Position numbers and translations under genes: made by a program. Positions 47,832 through 60,444 of a stretch of 64,000 nucleotides of DNA are shown here, in pieces. The stretch is from positions 252,898,001-252,962,000 of the forward strand of contig OZ024740.1 of the NCBI GenBank assembly GCA_964016885.1, in the 5' to 3' direction. A model generated the notes under the pieces. It worked only from the letters and a program-made list of their open reading frames with translations, was not told the origin of the DNA and ran no database searches. The DNA comes from Eledone cirrhosa. Lineage: Eukaryota. Position 1 is the first letter of the stretch; the number at the start of each line of letters is the position of its first letter.

Positions 47832-47888
47832 TATTTTATCTGATGAGGACTATTAGCTCAGTACCTCTGAAATATGTATAATAAAATA
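47832..47888 (+). ncRNA. Hammerhead ribozyme motif in a pLTR-like insert (~47700-47930) flanked by (TA)n
   Basis: tattttat-CTGATGA-gg..cc-tct-GAAA-t(atgt)a-TA-ataaaata; perfect 8-bp stem I, weak stem II. Confidence 0.7.
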
Positions 47889-47928
47889 TACTTGATCACA
47901 AGAATATCTATTTTGTTAATATTTTGAA

Positions 47929-47965
<37 letters not shown>

Positions 47966-47974
47966 GATATTCAC

Positions 47975-48110
47975 AAATGGAAACTATATTTATAAAACCA
48001 TATCTATTTTATTATACATATTTCAAGGATACCATGTTAAATTATGGTATGCTTTCATCAGACAAAATACAATATATACCAGTTTTATAAATAAATTTTA
48101 ACATACCCTT
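47975..48110 (-). mobile_element. Family B-related pLTR with HHR (~48005-48070)
   Basis: Minus strand: tattttgt-CTGATGA-aagc-ataccat(aatttaac)atggtat-cctt-GAAA-tatgtata-ataaaa. Confidence 0.75.
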
Positions 48111-49584
48111 TCAAAATGCAACCGTTACTTTTGGAAGACATCAGGATATTGGATTTGTTTATCTTAGTAAGTCATTGTGTTACGGAGAAAGAAAAAGACG
48201 GAGAGAGAGAGAAAAACCGAGAGAGAGAAAAGTTGAGAAAGAAAGCGAGATATAAAGAAAGAAAAAGAGAAAAAAAAAGAAAAAGGAGAGAGATATATCA
48301 AAACACCAGACAGAGAGAAAAAAATCAAGAGAGAGAAATATAGAGATAGAGAGAGGGGAAGAGAACGAAAACCTTAAGTCATGTCATATTAAGTTAAGTT
48401 AACAATTGAGATGAAATGAATAAATAAAATTAGAAATATTAATACTCATGAATGGAATATATATATATAATATGAGAAATTAATCATTGTTTAACTATGA
48501 TTAGATATTTAGTTTAAGAGTTGAGATCAATATATTAAAAATTGGAATTTAAACCTTAAGAAATCTATATATTGCTAGAGAAAATTACCTATCATATAAC
48601 ACGTACACACACGCAAAAAATACACATAAATATATATATATATATACACACTCAGAAGATACACATTATATCTACTCCCGTACATAATATATACATAGAA
48701 AGCATAAATGATTTTTTTTATTATTAATGTTATACATCCCTTGTGTTACTAAATAAAAATGTTTAATATATATATATATAAATATATAGGATTAGCTTTC
48801 ATGCATTTATGGCTGGTAAATTATGCCTATCTGCAATCAAATTGTATGGGTACACATGTACATGTACACACACAATTCTTACATATACATATATACACAT
48901 GTGTGTGCATCACCCAATTGGTAGACACGCGTCACTCATGCATATATACAGACAGACATATATTCTTAAAAATGCATATAACACATGTATATTATGTTAA
49001 TACACACATATACATACATACTCGTATAGAGATAAGTATACATCAATATATTACATAGTATAATTGAGTACATAAAATACAAAATGATTATATTTTGGAA
49101 ATATAATTATATCAATATAACTTAAAAACAAAAGAATTCTAAAGTATTAAAATATTAAAATATTTTAAAATATTATAGAATATTTTAAGTTAAAATAATA
49201 TGTTTAATAGATTTAGTATAGAAATTTATCTTACGTATATTTTACTTAAGATATTGAAAGGATAAACGTTCGAAAATTATGAGAAGCTATCAGAATAAAA
49301 AACAAACCTAATAAAAAATAAATAAATTAAAAAATAAATAAATAAATAAAATATAAAAAAATATATAAAATAAAATTTTAAAAAAAGTGAAAAATATGAA
49401 AATATAAAAAATATAAGAAATAGGAAATATTTTCTCCTTTCAAGAGCTCTCAATATATTTCTCTAGAATAGTTTATTATATTTATATTTATATTTAGGAA
49501 GAAAATTTATTTATACTTGAGAAAATGAAAAAGGTGAAGGAATCTAATGATTTATCGACAGGTTTCATATATTAACCAAATTAC

Positions 49585-51203
49585 TTAATTAATTATATAC
49601 ATTTTAAATTTATATTTATATTTAAACGTTGAGTTCAATCTATGTCTGCAACAACTGAATAAATTATTCCTTAAATTTAGGGAATTTTTGGTCTTTAATA
49701 TAAAGAATATTTCCTCTATACAAAGATCGCAATTTTCTGAAGAGGAATTAAAAGGAGTAGCTTTTGAAATAATATTCCAAATCAACGAATATTCAACATT
49801 ATCTCGTTTTAGGTCCCATAATAGGCTAGATAGCGAAGTTGAAGATTTTTTGTTTGGATCTGTAAAAGAATTTTTATGATTATTGAAGCGGGATTTAAAC
49901 TCTGTGGAGGTAGACCCGACATAATTAAATGAATTTAAATTAGTTTTTACATTACAATTATAAACTACATTTTTAGCTAAGCAATTGTTATTTAACGGAC
50001 AGTTGGATTTATTTCTACAGTTACAATTATTCGATTGAATATTGCTTGGGTTATTATTGGTATTTTGGTTAGGTTTTAAATTTCTATTATTAATTCTATT
50101 AATATTTTGCGCTAAATTTTTGGTGGAAGAGTAAGTTAATTTTATAGTATGTCTATTAAAAATTGAGTAATATCTATGTGTTCTAGGGAAGCGTTTGTCG
50201 AGAGCTTTAAAGAATAGTTTAGCAATAGGGGTTTTAATATTTAGTGAGAAAGGAGGAGCGAACCATACTATATTCCTAGTTCTATTTCTTTTTCGGCTTT
50301 CGGAATTATTGTAATGTTTTCTATTATAGTTGTTAAAATTGTTACCATAGTTAAAACTGTTATTTTGGTTAGTTTTTATAGTATTATTATTATCGATGTA
50401 TTTAATTTTATTTCTATACCCAGCTCTACCTAACGCTTCATTGTAATAATGCGCTTTTTCATCAAATATATTCTTATTAGATGAAATTCTCGAAATTCGT
50501 TCTTGTACAGAGTTCACTATAGTATTTTTAACGGATCTGGGGTGATTAGAGTTAAAATTGACATAATTTAAGTTCTCATTTAGTTTGTGAAATGGATAAT
50601 GAAGACATGTGTTAAGATTTAGTGTTACATCTAGAAAATTGACTATTTTATGGTTATTCTCTATTTCTACTTTTAGATTAAGGTAATTAAAAAATTGTAT
50701 AATTTGTTTTCTTTTTCTATTTAGTTCACAGCTACTATTTTCAATAAGTAAAAGCATGTCGTCACGATATAAACCTCCGGTTACACCTGGTATTTTTCTA
50801 TGTAGAGAATTAATTATAAATAGGCCCACAAGGTCCGTTACCTGTGCTGAGTCTGAAGATCCCATAGTTATGTCGAAATTATTATTTCTATCTGCCCTAG
50901 TCCAGAGTTGGTTATTAAATTCTATTAATGTTTTCCGTGCCGATAATATAATGTGCATTTCATTGCTAGTTATGTCTGTATGCTTAAATGCGTAAGTTAG
51001 TGCCTTATTCAGTATATTAGGAGTGATAGATGAGTAGTAGTTAGCAATATCCAACTGAATAAACTTATTATTATAGTTATATTTAATTTCTTTAAACCAA
51101 TCGATAACCTCACTAGTCCCTTTCCATAATTTTAAGTAAGATAAATTAGGTAAATTCTTAATTTGCGGTATTATTCTGTCTAGAATATTTTTGCTAAGTC
51201 TGC
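49585..51203 (-). CDS. PLE (family D) RT + GIY-YIG, 5'-truncated but uninterrupted (~540 aa)
   Basis: LDIANYYSSI, FDITMGS, GLYRDD, NFLDVT, SNHP, CNCRNKSNCPLNNNCL, NVVY..YVGST, RFNNH, CDLCIEE, CRH. Confidence 0.9.
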
Positions 51204-51254
51204 CATATATATATATAAAATTGAACAAGTGGGGAATAACATGGTCAACAAAAA

Positions 51255-54200
51255 AGGGGATTTATTTGCAGCCTAACAATTGTTTCACTGATAGGGTTGT
51301 CTAAAAATTGCTGAACACTAAAAATAGTGCCACTCAATTTTAAATACGATGAGCATGATAAAAGAAATTAAATTCAAAAAACGAACACATCATAACAAAC
51401 TGCAAAATAACATCAATGCACTACTAAAAAAATTACGTAACACCAACGGTATTGTAGTGAAGGCAGACAAAACATCAAATGTATATACCATGAGCCTTAA
51501 TACATACAACAATTTTATACGCCGGGAATTACATAAAAAATACAAGAAAGCTACAGAGTTTACACTCAATAGCATTAACATGGAAGGCCTTAACATAGTA
51601 AAAAAAAATTAAAATATCCGATAGGACAGAACCTCTAACCCCTTGTACACCCACTTTTAATATGAAGGATCATAAATGTAACTTCGAAACTAACCCTACT
51701 ATTAGAGTAATATGTCCATCAAAATCAGATATAGGCAGAATTAGCAAGTTTATACTAGATAGAATAATACCACAAATTAAAGAACAATTAATAATCAAGC
51801 TCTGGGGTAACACAAATGAAGCAATAGATTGGTTTAATAAATTAGACAATAGAGAATCCTCCGAATTTATACATTTTGACATAAATGACTACTACTCTTC
51901 TATTTCCCCAGTTACCCTAAATAAGGCACTATCCTTTGCACAGAAAAACTCTGATCTTTCACCAGATGAAATTATAATAATACTAGCTGCTAGAAGAACA
52001 ACATTAAATTCGACAATAGTTACTGGGAGCGAAAAAATAGACAGAATAACTTCGATATAACTATGGGGTCAAATGATTCAACCCAAATCACAGATATTGT
52101 TGGAATTTATATAGCATATTTCTTACATAGAGAATTTGATAACCTACAAGGAGGAATTTATAGAGACGATACACTACTTTTAGCTAAAACTTAAATAATC
52201 AAAACTTAGAAAGATTAAGGAAAAAGATTACAAAATTCTTTAATAACATCACTTAACATCACTTTTGAACCCGACTCTAAAAAAGCTAATTTCTTAGATG
52301 TATCGTTTAATCTTAACTCAGGACTAATAGAACCCTTCCATAAAAATAATGAAAATTTAGCTTACATTGATTATAACTCTAATCACCCTTGATCCATAAT
52401 TAACTCCATAGCACATAGTATATCCCTTAGAATATCGCGCCTATCTTCTAACATAGAAATGTTTAATGTACACGCTAATTACTACAACATAGCTTTACTT
52501 AAGGCAGGCCATAAAGAGCGACTCAAATACATATCAGATACAAAAAATAACAACACACCTAATATTAATGGCACCATCTACACATATAGAAACAACAAAC
52601 CTAGGACTAAACATAAAAATTGGCAACAAGCACGTAAATTAAAGGAACAGAATACTAATATAAAGACAACTAATAAATATAGAAGATGCAGAAATAGAAA
52701 CTACTTATGGTTCAATCCAATGTTTAACTCCTCTATAAAAACTAAGCTACCTTACACTTTCTTCAAATTAGTTGACAAACATTTCCCTAAAATTCATAAA
52801 TATCATAAAATCTTTAATAGAAAAACTATCAAACTATCATACTCCATTGCCAACAACATAGAATCGCACATACATAAAATTAACTATAACAGAATTTATA
52901 ATACAAGTAAGTACCATAACACCAAATACAAAACATAAGCATATACCATCATCACAACCAAACACGCGTCAGATCACATCACCACGATACATCAACAAAA
53001 CCAATTCTCAGCCCATACACAGCAACCTACAAAACCATATAGAAGAACCGGCGAATAGAAAAGCATCTAAATGTAACTGCCATCTACCTGACAAATGCCC
53101 TTTACAAAACAGATGCCTAGAGACAAATATAGTATACTATGTACTATAAATTCAGGTAGCTTAGTATGGCATTACATTGGTTCCACAGCTGGGGAGTTTA
53201 AGAAAAGGTGGTACGTACATAGACACTCTATGACTAACAGGAATCTCTCAAAGACAACGACTCTCGCCAATAAAATCTGGCAACTTAAAGATGCAAACAT
53301 GGAATATGAAATCAACTGGACAAAGCTATCAAATTGGTTTGTCCCACTGTAGTTTCTGTAATATGGAACTTTTCCAAATTTTAAATTACAGCAAAATTCT
53401 TCTTAATAGTAAAATCGAAAAAAACATTTTTTGTCGACATAAATCTGCAACTAAATTTGAGAACTTTAGACCAGCTTAATTCCATCTTATCTATTCCATA
53501 ACCCAGATTGTACCATTTAGATCTATAATGATATCACATTATCATTATCATTATCATTATAATTGTCATCATCTATCAAAGAACAACATCAAAACCTCTT
53601 ATATTTACATTCTTATTTTATATATCTCTGCTTTTCACTATTTATTTCATGTCTGTCATTTTATTCTATCATATAATATAACTTAAAACTAATTAATTTA
53701 TTTATTTATTAACCAATACACACATAAACATAAACATAAATATATTTAACACTATCATATTTTCACCATGTTTTCATATATATTGTTTTTATATATCTAT
53801 TTCTATTTTTATTTATTCATGCATTAACCACTATTTTCCACTCTCTTCTATTCTCTCTATCCTACGTTATTCTTACTGGCGTTTGTCTCTCATAACCTCA
53901 TGACCATCACCTTCTATATATCTTCCTCTCTATATATTTCTATCTACAATAATTTCTCCTTTTCATCTCCTTTCTCTTCTTCTTTTTCTTTTTCCTTCTT
54001 CTTCTTTCTCCTTCCTTTCCATTCTCTCTTTACTGTATCTATCCCCCCTCTCTTCCTCCTTTTCTCTCTATATCTTTATTATTAATATTATTATTGATGA
54101 TGTAATTTGAATTTGTAAATTTGCCGGTTACATATATATTTTTTCAGTTTCCGATGATCTAATAGAGTTAACATCGTATTTAAAATTGAGTGGCACTATT

Positions 54201-54428
54201 TTTACTGTTCAGCAATATTTAGACAACTCTATCAGTGAAACAATTGTTAGACTGCAAATAAATCCCCTCCAAGATAAACTTACATAGGAATACAAGTGAA
54301 ATCATAAACTCGTCATCTACGTAAACCTGTTGTTGAGTCAAGCAACGCCGTACGCTAAAACTATCCATAATAAGAAGTATTCACAACCTCTAATTGGATT
54401 ACCTTTAACAATATTTTGTTACCCTTTA
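51255..54428 (+). mobile_element. PLE family C, decayed: inverted 5' pLTR piece (51255-51351), RT + GIY-YIG, 3' pLTR
   Basis: VKADKT, KDHK..PTIRVICP, FDINDYYSSI, IYRDD, YIGST, CRH across frameshifts; 51255-51351 is the reverse complement of 54172-54268. Confidence 0.88.
54145..54254 (+). ncRNA. Hammerhead ribozyme motif with a greatly extended stem II
   Basis: cagttt-CCGATGA-t-ctaatagagtt..(~54 nt)..aactctatcag-t-GAAA-c(aatt)g-TT-agactg. Confidence 0.7.
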
Positions 54429-54662
54429 TATATATATATATATAATTAGTCACAACAGTGACATATACAAGTACTTAAGTTCCGTTGGGTTATACACCCC
54501 AACTCGTTCAGCCTGTTAAATAAAGAAAGCTGGCTACCATCGAAACATCTATGATCGCAGTTACCAGCTGATGAAGGGGCTCTTCTCTTGATTACGTCCA
54601 TATTACTATCTTACACTTTGTTTACAGTAACCACACAGCCCGCTCCGTTTCTTGTAATTTTG

Positions 54663-54700
<38 letters not shown>

Positions 54701-54702
<2 letters not shown>

Positions 54703-54930
54703 CAAAAGGGATATTTACTTTGTTGGTAATTCAACAAATATAAATGTTTATAACTGATTCAAAGCACTCGACAAGTTTTCTGGAGTATAATATTAAATGA
54801 TATTAAATAAGTGGAAACTATATTTATAAAACCATATTTATTCTATTATATATATTTCAAGGGTACCAAAACTTTGATACGCACTCATCAGATAAAATAC
54901 AAAGTTTGTTTTATAAATATTGACATATCC
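54701..54930 (-). mobile_element. Family B-related pLTR with extension and HHR (~54838-54900)
   Basis: Minus strand: tattttat-CTGATGA-gtgc-gtatcaaa(g)ttttggtac-cctt-GAAA-tatata-TA-atagaata. Confidence 0.75.
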
Positions 54931-55904
54931 AGGAAGAAGACCTTAATGGTTCAAGCTTTTCCTGGATAGTAAAAGGAAAGAAGGGAAAGAGAAGAAAAGT
55001 CAAATATTTCAAATTATTAAGATGAGTATGCAAATGACGTTGAGGTATAGGGCTGAAAAAAACATTATTTTTAGACGCTAGGTAGATTTAAATAATTATT
55101 AAGATATATATGTATGTGTAGGAAGAAGAAAGAGAAAGAAAGAAGAGCTTATATTTACGTTAATTTAAAGAGAATTAACAGTTTGTAGGAATGGTGGAAT
55201 ATGATTCCAGAATTTAAAAAAATTATTTAGCTATATTATGAGTTATAATATTGTATATATAATCAATTAGATTAAATGAAGAATTATGGTTGTAAGTACA
55301 TTTTATCTTATTACATTACAACAGGTTGTAAGTATATAAATATCTATATCGATTAATAATTGTGCAAGTATAAGTATTATTGGTGATTTTATAGAAATAA
55401 ACCACAATTATTAATTGTTTATATTTCTCATATGAGTTACGAAGGATGTTGATTTTACATTTTACATAATAAAAAAAATGAGAAAAAGACGTAGTTCAAG
55501 TTGTAAGAGGAAAACAATTTGTAGATTCAAATATTTTGTTCCGACATTGAAAATGTTTTCAGAATATTGTTAATTTAGAGAAATTATATAGTTTATCATA
55601 CAAGTTTGTCTATGTTTGCTCAATTGTAAAGGAAAAGATAACTCCAATATTATTTGCTAACCATTAAATTTGATGAATGATTTAGTTAGAAAGTATGTAG
55701 AGAAAATTATATATTATTTTGTGTGAGAGTACTTTATATTATATGTCTTTCAAGGATGAGAATTTCAATTGCATATTATTTACGTCGAAAGATGTGTGAA
55801 AAGTTTGAAGATTAAAAAGAGGAAAAAGTGTATTATTAGATAAGTCAAAACTGCATTTCGAAGAACTATCGTAAAGAGGATATCTTTCAGAATGTCAATA
55901 AAAA

Positions 55905-56965
55905 CATGCTGCCAATAAAAACACACGCACCTGTTCGTTTTCACTTCAATTTATTGTCAAAGTTCTTTCATCACACATTCTGTGACCTCCTAGGTGACTA
56001 ATTTGTTATTTAGTGTCTCTCCTTTGTTCTGTCCCACACCATCTTGTTTCTGTGTGTTATATGCTGTGTAATCAGTTTGCGCATGCATTATATCCGGGTA
56101 GGTGTGTGTTTTTATTTATTTATAGCGTACCAATGCTGTATGGGCTTCGCAAAGACCAAAAAGCAAATAGTGACCCAGTTACAGGACCACCAACACGGCC
56201 AGTCTGTGGAGCCAACATTTGCTAGCCACTACAGACTCTCCTACTTCCTCTTCCTGATCATATGCCCCCAGACATATTCGACAGCACGGAAGACCTCCTC
56301 AGCAGAATCAACGAATGCAACCTATCTGGGGACCTGACAGGCTGTACAATAGATAGTATGGATGTCCCTGTCCCTGTGGTGTCCCTGTCCCCATCCATCG
56401 ACGTTGATTTTGCTGTGGAAAAATACGTAGAGATGATCAGCAAGAGTGATGTGGAATTCCATGGGATTGGTACCAGTTAGCTGGGACTCATACATAGACT
56501 TATACAGGATAAGGATTACTGAGATACACCTGTACATAGCAGCCTCTGCCCACAAAGATAAATAGCGTGGGTAGACCAGAGCCATACGTACAGCGAAAAC
56601 CACGACGGAGTAAAGAAAATGATCGCACATGCGGTGGGGGCCAGTATAAAACTATCCCTTAAAGAACATGTTTAAGTTTAATGGTAAAACGTATGCCCAA
56701 GAGGAGGGGGCAGTCATTGGTATCAGCATTGCGGGTGACATAGCTAATCTCTTTATGGTATGGTGGGTCAGAAGACTTAAGGAACACTTAGATGAACATT
56801 TTATAACCCTGACTATGAACTTCCACTAGATAGATGACATAAACATTATAGTGAAAATGCCCCAACAGGAAAACAGTCAGGAATTAGAGAGGAACACCAT
56901 GGAAAGAATCCAGCAAATAGCTAATTCCATCCACCATAGTATTAATGTTACCATAGACTACCAAA
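55905..56965 (+). mobile_element. PLE family A, old decayed copy: inverted pLTR (55905-~56122) then RT fragment
   Basis: LYGLRKDQK..GPPTRPVCGANI, DSTEDLLSRI, PSIDVDFAVEK; the pLTR matches 23577-23890. Confidence 0.85.
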
Positions 56966-57280
56966 CTAATAAGAAATTGTTTTTCTCGGTCCACCGCGTC
57001 GTTTATATGTAATATAAATAGATAAGCAAATTACCTCCATAAAAGGGAAATAACTCGTCTCTCATCTCTATTTATACATTTAAACTGAAAAATCAATACA
57101 TTACAAATTCGATTTTTGCACTTGGCGTGGGTCGATTTTAAAATTTTTTTGACCGATGTCTTCGCCGGATCTTCATCTATGAGTGTAGCAATTTCACCGA
57201 AATTTAAAGGTACGGTTTAGGAGGAGATGTGTGCCGAAGGTTTTAGTAGACAGACAGACAGACAGACAACAATTTACCAC
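56965..57280 (+). mobile_element. Possible Helitron/HINE-like non-autonomous element with (ACAG)n
   Basis: aatttca..ggtttaggaggag..acagacagacagac layout; single copy in the window. Confidence 0.3.
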
Positions 57281-57334
57281 CAAGTGTGATAATCGACCAC
57301 ACCTCACACCTTAGGGGTTAACTGCACGCTTTCA

Positions 57335-58420
57335 GGCAAGCCAATATGCTGGCAGCATTACCACAAGTGATGGTGAGGCTAAGGCACTGAAATAACCAGG
57401 CACCCTCATGGGCATCACCTGACACCTCAGTAAGGTGAGCCGCCAGTGAAGAATAGAACTTCCACCAAACGTCTCAAACGTCATAGGCTAGCAAAAATAA
57501 TTATTTGATAAGTCCTGGTATTTCCAAATTTTATTCCATTCAACAACGGAATCGGTGACCCCCACATTCACAGGGGTGTCCATGATGTGTGTGTGTGTGG
57601 GGGGGGGGGGGGGGGGGGGGGCAAAAGAGTCACTGACTGTGATGTCCCAGATGAGACACCTACCTCTCACTCAGGGACAAAGGGTAAGACCGTCTGGTCT
57701 CTTCCCATCACTTCTGGATAAACCAGCCGGTTCCAGAACTGTGGGGATATTTACCTGAGCCAGGGCCTGTTTGATGATCAGATTTAGTTTGGTGTGACAG
57801 GAAAAATGACCAGCATTCAGGTGGCAGGAAAAACCTTGTAAACCTGTTGAGTCGAGGGACCTACTTCGAAGATACGAAGTTCGTCCTAACTGAGAAGGCG
57901 ACCAATGTTGGCCACAGGGAGGACATCAATCTAGTCCCCTGAGAACTTTGCGCTTGCAGAAAGTAAGTGGCACCTAGAAAATTGATCAGAAAGATCAAAG
58001 AGAGAGTTGAAAGTTTCCCCCGAATGCAGATTGTCCCATACTCTCTGCTTCCGTCAATCCTCATCAGTAACTGGGACTGACAAACCCAGGTCTCTCCACT
58101 GTAGTAAAGTTTCATCCAACTACCTGGTGGAACTAGTCTAAGTTGGGAAGGAGAGGATGTAATCCACCAAAGGGGAGCAGGCGTCAATGGTCAAAGACCA
58201 TCAATCCTTGCACCAGAACCCGCCGGAAAGGATATTATCGCCTCCCTGATGATAGCTGGAGTGAAGTAGGTTGTACATAATCTGGTGGATTGGGCCAGTG
58301 TAAGTTGTCATCCGAAAGAGCCAGAGGATGTTTCGTTCTCAGTCAGTTGAGTGAGGGATGACAGAAAGGAGAGGAGGTGAACAGTCCCAAGAGTTTATAG
58401 CAAGTGACCCACTTACTACA
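57335..58420 (-). mobile_element. Decayed CRE-like non-LTR element (RLE region)
   Basis: Manual translation: FSCHLNAGHFSCHTKLNLIIKQAL..PTVLEPAGLSRSDGKRPDGLTL..LIWDITVSDSFA..K..KY. Confidence 0.75.
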
Positions 58421-58623
58421 AGGTGTCGTTTTTTGTAAAATTTCACAGAGAGAAATTTTTTCAATCTATTTTTCATAATATGACCACTACAAAGAGAGAG
58501 ATCGCTGTAAGACAAGATAGGGAGAGGGAGATGTTGCTGTCAACAGTTCAACATGACAGCGTTCTAGCAAAGGCAACTACAAAAAAAAATACTGTGTATT
58601 CTAAATGCGGTCATTATTTTTCC

Positions 58624-58812
58624 CGGTGGATTGGCAGTATCGGTAGAGGGTCGGACGCCATGCTTTGACGCATAGAGTTACGGCCCTTGCTATTCTGAGT
58701 TCAAATCCCGCCGAGGTTAACTTTGCCTTTCAACCTTACGGGGTCGATAAAATAAAGTACCAGTAATACACTGGGTAATTGCTGGCCTTGTGCCAAAAGT
58801 AGAAACAATTAT
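58624..58812 (+). mobile_element. tRNA-derived SINE with a Meta-like central domain
   Basis: A box tggcagtatcgg, B box gagttcaaatccc, then ctttgcctttcaaccttacggggtcgataaaataaagtaccag; the Meta-domain resemblance is from recall. Confidence 0.8.
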
Positions 58813-59790
58813 TTTTCTTGTTTGTCTATCTATTCCAATTAGTTCTTTTAGTGTCCAGTTCAAAATGTTAAAGCTGTAGTTCATTACTGGGCCTTCTAAA
58901 GTGTTGAGGCCAATCACCTTATTCTTTGCATTTAGTTCAGTTTTGAGTACTAACCTAATTCTTCTGTTGTATTCTTTTCTAGTCTTTTCTTTCATCTGTG
59001 TGTGTTGAATCTTATCTAGTTCGTTGATTCCTAAGTATTTGTATGTCTGAGTTTGATCTCGTTCTCTTATTTCTGTTTCTTTATTTAACATGATGTTAAT
59101 GCTTTTCACTAGTTTCCTTCTCTTCAGAGTTGCCTTGGCACATTTTTTTAATCCAAATTTCATACCTATTTCTTTTGTGAATCGGTGTACAGTTTTGAGC
59201 AGTGTTTGGAGTTATTTTTCATTTGTAACATACAGATTTAAATCATCCATATATAGGAAATGGTTAATTTTCCCATTGTAACATTTATACCCTAGCTCAG
59301 TGCTGTTTAGTGTTTCAGGTAGTGGTGTTAATGCTAGGCAGAAAAGCAGTGGTGATAGGGAGTCTCCTTGAAATATGCCTCTGTTGATTGGGATAGGCTA
59401 TGTTTTTATTGTTTTATTCTTTGTTTGTATCAGCAGAATTATTTGCCATTTACTCATGGCATGTTTGTTAAATGTTGTTATTTTTGCTGATATTTTATTT
59501 ATGGCTAGTATGTTGAGTATCCATGTATGAAGAACACTGTCAAATGCTTTTTGGTAATCAACCCAAGCCATGCTGAGGTTTTTTGGGGGTTTTTTTCTTG
59601 CTATTTTCAGTTATGGCTTTATTTGCATCCACATGAGCCTCTTTAGCATCCTTTCTGTTCGTCTGAGAGCAGATTGTTTTTTTTTTCAAGCTTTGGTTAT
59701 TTTCTGTGATAGTATTTAAGTTAAGGTTTGTATGTAGTAGACAAGCATGTTATGGGTCTGTAATTTTGGGGGTTGCTGTCATTATTTTTT
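58813..59790 (-). pseudogene. Decayed R4/Dong-like RT fragment, truncated at the SINE
   Basis: NYRPITCL, WVDYQKAFD, GIFQGDSLSPLLF, LYMDD, MKFGLKKC, YKYLG. Confidence 0.85.
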
Positions 59791-60444
59791 GGGGATCAGG
59801 GTCGAATCTTCCTCTCCCCTCTCTCTCATACATTGTTTATACGCTTACATCTTCTCACCAGCCCCTCACCCCTACTCCCTGCAAATATAAAATAAACTCT
59901 GTTGGGTTCTTAGGCCAGAATTTATCTAATCTCTTTGCTGCCGAATTGTTGATTTGAGAATGTGAGCAACCCACTTTCTGCCTGTCTTTCCATTTTTCCT
60001 AGTCCATTTGGCCAGTGATATCTAATCTGTTATTTATGTCCGTTTAGAATCTAATCTCTTTTTCTCTCAGATTTTCATTCATACTCACACCTTTATATTA
60101 TCTTTTACTATTTCACGTGTTTTTAATAATATGCCTCATTCTGTTGGACCCTTCCTAAAAACTAACCTTCTCCTAAAGTTACCCATTTACAAACACACAC
60201 ACTCCATCATTGCTATTTGATCCAATCATAACTCAGCGGTTTATAGTAAGTTCTCTTACCAATCTGTATAACAAAGTCACCACCTCCGTTATTACTCCTT
60301 AAGTTTAGACCTGGTTGCTTTTCGGTTTGCTAAATGGACTGCAGAATTTGGAGCGTCTGAACACTCAATGACAATGTCACAGATAAAGATAAATTCACCT
60401 CCGGCTGCCGGACGAGAATGCAAGGACACCTCTTTATTTCAGAC

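Noticed and set aside
54445-54660. CTGATGA at 54568 and GAAAC at 54542 as a hammerhead
   Set aside because: Closing stems could not be formed; at best a remnant.
55000-55900. Decayed minus-strand RT (FIKFNG-like trace)
   Set aside because: Too degenerate to support by eye.
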